Source of the DNA: Eledone cirrhosa
Taxonomy: Eukaryota
Assembly (NCBI GenBank): GCA_964016885.1
Contig: OZ024741.1
Coordinates: forward strand, 404,426,001-404,490,000
DNA: 64,000 bases
Direction of reading: 5' to 3'
In this document: piece after piece, positions 51,520 through 64,000 of the stretch
Position numbering within the stretch: the first letter of the stretch is position 1
How the letters are laid out: each line of letters begins with the position of its first letter
Program-made: the position numbers and the translations under genes
The notes under the pieces: generated by a model
The model's database searches: none
What the model saw: the letters and a program-made list of their open reading frames with translations, nothing else
What the model was told of the DNA's origin: nothing

Positions 51520-52221
51520 CAAACATAAGTCAATTGCATGAACACATAATCCTTTATTTACTGCTATATATATTTCGATGATAGCCATTGAATGGATATG
51601 ACCTTATCAGGCAGTTAGTCAGTTCTTAGATATACCAGCTCTGTGTTTATGATGTTGATGGTATCAGAGCCTTGGGACATATGAGCTTGTTAGGAATAAT
51701 TTAATGTTGTCAGCAGGAATAATCTTACTTCTCATTGGTGAGTTTGTAGATGCTAGTAGGGTTGGTATTTGACCTCAAAGAGGTAAGCGGTGTTGTAAAG
51801 TTCAAACCGTCAGGCAAGATGACAATAGTTCCATATGACAGATTTTCACAAAAAGCATTCCTGGTCAGATATATATTCAATTGAGGTTTATAGTATGAAA
51901 TAGATACTACAGTACAGGTCATTCTTAAATTGAGGAAAATGATGGCTAGAGTAGAAAACTAGAAAATTTACATATAAAAAGACATATGTTGGTTGACTTG
52001 CACATACACTCACACCCACCCGCACAGACATACACACACATCCACACATACAAATTGAGGAATCAATGTGGGGTGGTAAACTGAAAATGATGGTTAGAAT
52101 CAAATACTTAGAAAGTTTAGAAATTTTAGAAATAAAAAGACTTATGTTGGTTGACTTGTACATACACTCACACCTACCCCCTCAGACACACACACACAAC
52201 TACACACACAAATCCATACAG

Positions 52222-52279
<58 letters not shown>

Positions 52280-53577
52280 GCACAAGTGCATACATATATA
52301 CAAGAGAGCCCCCCAAATCCAAGTATAAGGCAGACATAAAAATAGGTGGGTGTTATTTTTAAAGAAAAGTAAAGTGGGTGTTTGGAAAAGTTATTGTTTA
52401 GACTAGACAAAGGTAGAGTGTGATATATATCTTCACAGCAATAGCTTGGGGGCTTTGGAGCTTAGGCGAATCCCTTAGTACAGACATATATACCCACCCA
52501 CACTTTAATACCTCTGGATGCGTGTGTATGTCTATATACACATGTGCACTCATACAAGAGAGCATATACAAATATACTCTTAAGCATACACCCGAACATT
52601 TTTCAAATGCAACCTGGGGTATGAGTATTTCGTTGCGTTCGCATGAGTGGGTACATTCCCGTAATCCCAGTATACACACACAATGCACGGTTGCGGGCAC
52701 TCATGCATGCGTATAGGGTTAGTACTTTGGGATAATTGTTCTTCCTGTGTGGGCCACTCCCAGGTGGTGGGTGGGTGGGTGGGGGGTCCTCAGGTTCAAT
52801 AAACGTGGTTTTGTTGACTCCTAACCAGTAGAGAATCTGGTGGACAATCCACCGTAGGGACCACAAACTATGGGTGGTTGTTGTTGTCCATTGGTCATTG
52901 GTCATTATATATATATATGTGTGTGTGTACATACAACAGTGCATTTATTTCGTTTAGTGACAGGTTTCATTGTAGTAATTAGAAGATTTATAGTTACCAG
53001 CTGTTCATATTTTATGTAGCAACGAAACACTAAGACTATCTCTGTGGAACATATAATCCTAATCATGCAGGAGTCGAACCATTTAATGGAAAACATTAAC
53101 TTCACTATATACAGCCATAGACAAGTTTGATACAAATAACTTCAGTGTCGTTTGTATTGTAGTTTCGCTGCATACTTGATAAACATACATCTGTGTTGAA
53201 CTTTCTGCTGTACTTTTTCTCCGAATGCGGGAATCGATATTTTATCAGGCAGTGATGTATATGTTGGTTCTTCAACCTTTTCTACCATAACACCAGATCT
53301 AATCGGGGTCTCCTGATACTGGTGGAGGCGATGAAAATCCTACACAGCCAAACAATCATAGGTGAGTTTGGTGTCGGAGTCTCTCACTGATAGAAAGTAC
53401 GAAACTTCTGAAGAGCCACAAGACCGCGGAAACGTATGAAATTGTGTGAGTCTGAGATTGTGACAGGAGATATCTTTGTCAAACACAATGTGTCAGGTGT
53501 GCCACGTCCTATATTTATTGAGATGCAGTGATCCCTTTTCTCAGCTGCTTTCGACAATGATTTCCAGAGGTATTGTA

Positions 53578-53683
<106 letters not shown>

Positions 53684-53808
53684 CTTTCCCTCCCTTTCTC
53701 TCTTTCTCTCCACACGCAAAAATCACACGCAAACACACACACATATATATATATATATTTTTTTTTTCAATGTGGTCTACCATTGTGTTATTTTACATAT
53801 TCATATCA

Positions 53809-53932
53809 TTGTTTTACGATCGTTTCGGAGGGTTGATTATATTGACATATTGTCTGATCTATAGCAGTTATATAACTGTATACTATCAGAACACATATAT
53901 AGGTTCGATCAGACCGTCTTCTTCGGAAACAA
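53809..53932 (-). ncRNA. Type-I hammerhead-like motif, core CCGAAGA, long stem II
   Basis: Minus strand reads TTGTTT-CCGAAGA-(~93 nt)-GAAA-CGATCG-TA-AAACAA. Confidence 0.65.
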
Positions 53933-54488
53933 TCCGACTAAAATAACTCATCAGTGATGCTCATACTTAAGTATTAAGCGATGGCATTACTCGAAATCGA
54001 GTCGCAGCCATCTTGTATGTATGTGTCATAGAGTGTACTTTAGCTGCAAACATTGGCTCGTAAAGGGACATCTTAGCTGTGTATATAAATATATAAATAA
54101 ATATATATTAATATATGTATATACGGGGTAACAAATAATAGTTATATCCAGTCCCCTTAGGTGTAGTCCAGTTATGGTATTCCGGGTAGTGGATGATATC
54201 AACGCTAGGCTTGGTTTGACTCAACAAGGCGTATTCATAGTGATGTTGCGAGTATGCTGTAATTCCTATGTTGTAAACACTTGGAGTAATAATAAATCAG
54301 GAAAGAAGATTGACATGGTTTGCAATACAAAAAAGGTTTTTAATCTCATAGCTGACAATTGTTTCTCTGAACTGGTAGGTCTAGAGATCGCTATTCGCTT
54401 GTTTTCACGTTACTCGATCGCCAATACAAAATTATAACCAGTCAGTTCTTCAGAGCATGCGAGAATGAAGAGAATATATGTATATATA

Positions 54489-54564
<76 letters not shown>

Positions 54565-54569
<5 letters not shown>

Positions 54570-55104
54570 ATGCTTTGGGAGGGTCATGTTGCCAATAAAA
54601 AACACACGCACCAGTTGCTTTCACTCCAATTTATTATAAATTAAATTTATAAATTTAAGAATTTATAAATTTCTGGTTGGTTGGTTGGTTTCACAACCGG
54701 ACGGTTGTTCATATATTGTCAAATAAACAAATATAAACACACACAGACACCCGGATGTAACACATGCGCTAACTAAGCACACAACGCACACACAAACAAG
54801 ATGGCGTAGGACAGAACAAAGGAGAGGCACAAATACAAAGTAAAGAATCCACAGTCACTGAAGAGGTCACAGAATGTGTAACGAAAGAACTTTGACAATA
54901 TATGAACAACCGTCCGGTTGTGGAACCAACCAACCAACCGGAAATTTATAAATTCTTAAATTTATAATTCTAATTTATAATAAATTGGAGTGAAAGCAGC
55001 TAGTGCGTGTGTTTCTTATTGGCAGCATGACCCTCCGAAAGCATAACAATATCGGTTTCAACACACGTTTTCAGATAAAGAATCTTGCTAAACAAATTCA
55101 GAAA

Positions 55105-55107
<3 letters not shown>
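54565..55107. mobile_element. Family A non-coding inverted insertion (short left arm, long right arm)
   Basis: Same two termini as 8662-10667 in swapped order; HHR at 54854-54896. Confidence 0.9.
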
Positions 55108-55143
<36 letters not shown>

Positions 55144-55144
<1 letters not shown>

Positions 55145-55338
55145 CAAAATGTTCAAGACCCCGACGGTAGGGTTCAAGCCGTTTCGACGGCTATTTCTGG
55201 AGTCCAGAAATAGCCGTCAAAACGGATTGAATTCTGCCGTCGGGTCTTGAACATTTTCCTATTACCCACTCTACTAGCCACAGTATTGAGTACTCTGGTG
55301 CGTTATGGTCCACCAGGTTCCTTAACACACGTCCTTCG

Positions 55339-55340
<2 letters not shown>
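55144..55340. mobile_element. Family B fold-back (short left arm, long right arm)
   Basis: Hairpin centred on TTTCTGGA-G-TCCAGAAA. Confidence 0.88.
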
Positions 55341-55399
<59 letters not shown>

Positions 55400-55652
55400 G
55401 AGAAGAATGAATACTGCGTGGTTGCACATGGGTTACATATGATAAAAATAGTCCTTCATCAGTGATTTTCCAACCTTCATTCGTATTTCATCGCTTTAAA
55501 AATCATATACCTCCAGTTGGTGCGAGCAATAGCTAAATAAAGCTATTGGGACAAGTAAATAGCGTAAAGCGAGCGAGACATATAAACAAACATAGAAGGA
55601 TAGCAACGCAAAGATATGAAAATACAAGCACATACATATATATATACATGTA

Positions 55653-55974
55653 TGTAAAAGGGAAACAGAAATAACAACACAATCGGTACAGTATATGGAA
55701 GGGATATATTAGGTTAACGCTTGAAATAGCAGGAAGTGGGTCTTAACGTCTCGGACGCTAGTCCTTCATCAGAAGAAAGAATGAGAAATAAGATAGATTA
55801 AGGGGATGGGCGGGTTGGAATTGGAAAAAATGTCTTATTGAAGGTACTAGGGTGGGAGTGAAAAATAGACGGATGAGAAGAAGACGGTGGTGTAAGAAGA
55901 AGTAGAGGAAAAGTGATAGAGAGTCGTGGAATATTTAAATGCAAGAAGCAAAGAAAATTTCAATGATACGAAAG

Positions 55975-55980
<6 letters not shown>
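55653..55980 (-). mobile_element. Family E 3' end with HHR (55741-55776)
   Basis: TCTTAACGTCTCGGACGCTAGTCCTTCATCAGAAGA. Confidence 0.8.
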
Positions 55981-56043
<63 letters not shown>

Positions 56044-56115
56044 GGAAGTTTAGTAAAATCGAAGCTTCGGCTGTAGCCAAGCCAACGAGATACAATGAGG
56101 AATTATATATATATA

Positions 56116-56170
<55 letters not shown>

Positions 56171-56285
56171 CCCTTGACCTGCTGCAAAATCAAAACAAGA
56201 TATTTTTGCGAGCAATGAATCTTGATGTAGATTTAACCCCCAAAACTCTTTCCGAACTATATAAGGAACACTTGTGATTATTTAT

Positions 56286-56324
56286 GCCCTTGAGAAGCCC
56301 AACTGGGCGAAACGTACGTAGGTG
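56286..56324 (+). ncRNA. Minimal hammerhead with U3/A8 core
   Basis: CC-TTGAGAA-GCCC-AACT-GGGC-GAAA-CGTACG-TA-GG, just downstream of a short ORF end (..AMNLDVDL..LYKEHL*); stem I is weak. Confidence 0.7.
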
Positions 56325-57043
56325 ATATTTTAAATAAACATGTTTTAACGGTCTATTCTCCGATTTTTTTACTTTCCCACGTGCTTACGCTCTGCTAACT
56401 CTCTAGCCCACTAAATATTAACACTTCGAATATTTAATACTGCCGGCACTAGTATCCAGCACCTTTGGCATACGCTACTTGGCAAATAACTATATGTATC
56501 ACCTATCCCTCTTTTTTTCCCTCTCTTTCTCCATACGTAAATACTATATATATATACATATATATATGTGTGTGTGTGTATGTGTGTGTGTGTGTGTGTA
56601 CTCAATTAATTATTTCTCAAAATCGATAAAAGTTCAAATATCTTTCTATTATACTAATTACCTAAAACTACGTTATTTTATATCATTATAAACATAGTTT
56701 ACACTAGTTTGTTTTACAATCCACTCCTAATGTATTCCAATAAATAACAATATCTATATACATATATATATGGTTAAAGTTGTATTAATTGGAGGATGTA
56801 CCGTAATTATTACAAACATATATATAAGTGATATGGAATTTGAGAGGTTTCTACTATCGCGCAAATCACAGCTTTGTTGTCCTGTATGTATATAATTTAG
56901 ATACTTTCAAATTTCTCTCATCTTATATTAATATATGCATACGTATGTATGTCCTTCTGGTTTTATAATGTTATACATTTTCACCAATAGTGAGTCGGTT
57001 TCTAACATAGACACAAGACGCTGTCATTGGGATTTAACACACG

Positions 57044-57120
<77 letters not shown>

Positions 57121-57414
57121 CAGCCATAATTTCATTTATAACCAATCCAAAAAAAGCCTTCGTGAGCCCCTTTTTTCAAGTAAAAAGAAATTCAAACACT
57201 CGTATATAAAAAAACAACCTGTGACACCCCCCCTCTCTTATTTGAAGAAATATTGTAACGCGAACTGGCGCGAAATTTATTATAATTATTGACCAATCAA
57301 TCAAATTACTTCTCGAAAAACCTGGCATTTCGAGCCACATTTTCCATATAAAACAAGTAACATTCAGAGACCAACCAGATGTGAGAAAAACCACAGACCC
57401 TCCATCTCAACTCA

Positions 57415-57452
57415 CCTTTTGAAAAGCAGAAGAACTGCGAAACCGGTAAAGG
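57415..57452 (+). ncRNA. Minimal hammerhead with U3/A8 core
   Basis: CCTT-TTGAAAA-GCAG-AAGAA-CTGC-GAAA-CCGG-TA-AAGG; all three stems are consistent. Confidence 0.82.
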
Positions 57453-57634
57453 AACCAAATAAATATATATATTTTTTAGAAAAATAAGACTCCAGTTGCA
57501 TTTTCGATTTCATCTCTTTTTCTTTATACTTTCACTCGTGTAGGACACCTCGGTTATTTTTCAATTTGTAAAAAAACCCTCACTTTCTAATATATATATA
57601 TATATATATGCCTCTCTCTTTATCTCTCTCTCTC

Positions 57635-57725
<91 letters not shown>

Positions 57726-59132
57726 CGAGAGAGAGAGAGAGTGAGAGAGAGATAAAGAGAGAGGCAGAATACATATGCATGAATGTCTGTGTATATATAT
57801 GTATGTGTGTATGTATATATGTGTCTGTATGTATGCATATATGTAAGTAATTATGTACGTGTATATGTATGTTTGTATGTATATATGTATGTATGTATGT
57901 ATATATGTATGTATGTATGTATATATGTCAGGTCACCAGTTGGTGCTACTGGTAACATGTATCCCAGTACAACCTGTCTCATGGTCGGGTCGTTGGCGAC
58001 TAAACTGGCAACCCCACCAAGGTTTCTTGGTGAGGAGGGTGACTTTGGACATCCTGCAGGACTAAAAACAAAACCTGTCAAAGAGCAAAGGAGCTCTTAA
58101 GAGTCAATGGCCATCCAAAATCACCGGGAGAGATGACCCCTTAGCCTTTGTCAAGGCAGAATTCTACGAGAAGGAAAACTCTGATATAACACCTGCAACC
58201 CTGATGGTATCCAATGATGTTGACTTGTTCTTCTTTTTGGTAAATATCATCTTGGTTAAGAGAGTGGGACTGGTTTTGTGCAGTGCCTTTTCTCACTATA
58301 AAAGCTTCACGGCACAGGCATTGCTTTATATTTGGAGATCTCTCTGCACTTGTCGTCACATGGTACCATGGGCCCAGCACTATGTGTCAATAATTGTCAC
58401 AAGTGTAGTGTTTGTACCAGAGTTTTCAAGTCGCTGGCTGGACTAAAAAGTCACACTCGTTCAGTGCATCGGTAGGAGTTCTCCTACATGGATATAAAGT
58501 AGTGGCCGTACTCGAAAACTAGTTGGCAGCCATCATATATGTATGTATATATTTCTGGCAGTAAATTTATATGTGCATGTAATTATATGTTATAAATATG
58601 TAGATATTTTTCTTTATCGAGAGATGTAAGGATGCAATATGTATTTGTGGTAGATAAATGTTACACATCGGATGCATTTGTTTAATGATATCGTCTGCTG
58701 CCATTAAAGAAATCTCGCTTCACCTCTTAGCCTTGCTTCACTTATCTAGAAGAATGAAGTCAAATTTTCCTGGTATCTCAGTACATGCTTGACTAAATTC
58801 TTATTTAAGGCAAATGAGGTATATCTCAGAGTAAAATGACTTGGAGTTTCCGCATTTATGTTTCACAGGAAATTTTAGTAATTTGAAATGCGCTAACGTT
58901 CTCACGTGACTTCACATGGAGCTTATATTAACAAAGCATCTAATGTAATGTCTTGAATCAACTCTTGCACATAATTTACCGACCTTTGATATGGAACGCA
59001 ACTATCAAATCTACAGAACCGAACAAATAACTGCATTAGACAGGAAAACACACTTAGTCTAGCTCTGTATTGTTTTGGTCGTGATCATTGACTTCGAAAA
59101 GTATATATATATATATACATATACACACACAC

Positions 59133-59283
<151 letters not shown>

Positions 59284-59313
59284 TGTGTGTGTGTGCGTGT
59301 GTGTATATATATA

Positions 59314-59498
59314 TGTTAGGTTATTCCGATAGAAAAGCAGGGAAAAAAAGAGTGCCCTATGTATAGAACAGAGCTATTTAATTAGAAAGTGAACAACACA
59401 AAAGGTTTCTGGGTCACAGACGATAATAATATGTACGTCTGCGATCCAGAAACCTTTGGTAATGGGATATTTATATTTTGTGTTGTTCACTTTCTAAC

Positions 59499-59504
<6 letters not shown>
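59314..59504. mobile_element. Small fold-back in (TA)n
   Basis: Outer arms ~59375-59403 and ~59476-59504; inner hairpin AAAGGTTTCTGG.TC.CAGACG / CGTCTG.GA.CCAGAAACCTTT; the left side has a ~60-nt tail. Confidence 0.75.
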
Positions 59505-62292
<2,788 letters not shown>

Positions 62293-63019
62293 ATATATAT
62301 GGCTAAAACAGCACGTGCTGTGACCAGCGGCGCCGAATGGCCCCCGACAAACTGGCGGTCAAGGTGATCAAGGTGTTATATATATATATATAGTAATAAT
62401 AATAAATTTGAAGACTAAAATCCGAAGAGGGCTCGATAAGGATAAATATATATCAAATATATAAGGACCGTAGAGCAAATATTTATTAAAATAACAGATT
62501 AAAGTTTAAGCAAAAATCGCTGCTTTCACCCTCAACAGGATCTTCTGAAACAAAAAAATCAATCTGTGAACGCAGAAGTAAATATTTCGAAAACGTTGCA
62601 ACCGAAGGAAGACAGGGAGACGATACTTTGGTTCGTGGAAACGTTCCCTGGCAAAGAACGAAACAACGAAGATAATACGTCATTATGTGGATCGAGGGAA
62701 CAATTACACATAAAGATAAAACCACGTTTATGGTATAACTGAAGTCTATGTAGGAAACCGAATGATTCTCGGCTTCAGAGTTAAGAATAATGTAAATAAA
62801 TTACAGAAGTAATTGAAATCAACAAAAATTAAATATATAAATTCACGCATCCATAAACGTACATACACATGCATACGCAAACACACCCGCCATGGGTATG
62901 CAAATACAAGCACGTACACAAAAAAAACGCACGCACATACAGAACACAAGCAACGCCTGTACCCGCACACATACGAATGTATACACCAAATACACATAGA
63001 AATATATATATATAAATAT

Positions 63020-63640
63020 ATACAATATGTTGAAAAGGTAACACACTAGAGAGAGATATACAGTGCGCTATCAATAAAACAGGGAAAAGCCACCGTGATA
63101 TTTTGCTCCTTATAACATTCTTTTCTCTCTCTCTGTTTGGTTGACCACACTTCTCTGAGTGGTTTTGGGCTGCCCTTTCTAGCAGCTCGTCCCTCAGAGG
63201 CCACTGGTTCACTGCCCTTAAACACGCTGTGACTTCTCTCTCCCACGTGTAGCTGGACAGTCACTTTTAAAATTCTCTTAGTGTTGTCTGAAATGTATAG
63301 CCTTACACACACTGAGGAACCGAGGTTATTCCATTTCTGTGAACAACTTACTGGCGAAACAGATCTCTTTGGATTTGTACGTGTGTTATATAGTTATAGA
63401 GGTATTTATTTACGCTTTAATTTATATTTATAATTATCGTGTCTATAGTCTACCTTTCATAGGTTATAGATTCCATACACTGGTGGTTTTTCCCTGTTTT
63501 ATTGATAGCGCACTGTATATCTCTCTCTAGTGTGTTACCTTTTCAACATATTGTATTTTAAAGAGCTCAGGATTTCTTCTCCTTTGAGCACATTATTTAC
63601 AGGGAATGGCGAGAGTCTATGGCTCCGTTAATTTATCGTG
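63020..63640. mobile_element. Family J inverted-end element nested in family H
   Basis: 75-bp inverted repeat 63020-63094 / 63482-63556, then an 84-nt tail. Confidence 0.85.
63305..63386 (+). ncRNA. Type-I hammerhead ribozyme with full stem III (family J)
   Basis: ACACACA-CTGAGGA-(stem II)-GAAA-CAGATCT-CTTT-GGATTTG-TA-CGTGTGT. Confidence 0.82.
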
Positions 63641-64000
63641 ATATATATAAATATATAAATATATAAATATGTGTGTGTGCGTGTATACATATAATTCTAT
63701 AAACGTATATAAATATACACACATAAATACGTATATAACGCGCGCACACACATACCTGCATGTAAATACACATATGTTCGCTAAACGTACGTCAACGAAA
63801 ATACGAAGTACACATATACACACACCCTACATACGTACGAACCCGCATACTCTCACAGACGCAAAACTCACGTATACACATAACCATATGCACATGTACC
63901 AGTATATATAATATAATATATACGCTTATAACATACAAAAGCAAATATACGTACGATATAGTAAACGTACCTTCACAAAACATACAGGTAATATATACTT

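Larger units (their letters stand above)
62393..64000 (-). mobile_element. Family H PLE 3' region (long terminus), interrupted by family J, running off the window
   Basis: 62393-62900 resembles 59567-60230 and 63670-64000 resembles 60243-60578. Confidence 0.85.

Noticed and set aside
53950-54008. Plus-strand HHR 3' half (stem, GAAA-TCGAG-TC)
   Set aside because: No upstream CUGANGA core and no second copy to confirm it.
57927-58020. Possible HDV-like ribozyme in a LINE-5'-like segment (57927-58200)
   Set aside because: Some pairings exist (CCAGT/ACTGG, CAGGT/ACCTG), but I could not build canonical P3/L3/P1.1.

Overview
AT-rich, microsatellite-saturated animal genomic DNA; the SINE types and repeat landscape suggest an octopus or other cephalopod (inference). 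Most ORFs in the track are microsatellite artefacts. The window is dominated by Penelope-like retroelements (PLEs) and their derivatives, inserted almost always in (TA)n runs. There is one intact ~800-aa RT+GIY-YIG element (14533-20138), three truncated coding PLEs, and about 15 short non-coding fold-back insertions. About 11 unrelated sequence families carry type-I hammerhead ribozyme (HHR) motifs read by eye, several with non-canonical cores (U3/A8, A4, C4) and palindromic stem III. A recurring architecture links them: two head-to-head copies of the element 3' end, one ending at the full terminus and one ending 55-130+ nt earlier at an internal TA motif. Several 5' breakpoints fall on or inside the ribozyme. 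A 486-nt cleavage-site-to-cleavage-site, retrozyme-like unit lies at 61685-62245. Also present: Tx1-clade LINEs in (TATC)n, CRE and RTE fragments, a non-autonomous Helitron, mariner/piggyBac MITEs, many tRNA-derived SINEs, minisatellites, and two candidate host exons. All structures and coordinates were read manually; boundaries are approximate to a few nt.
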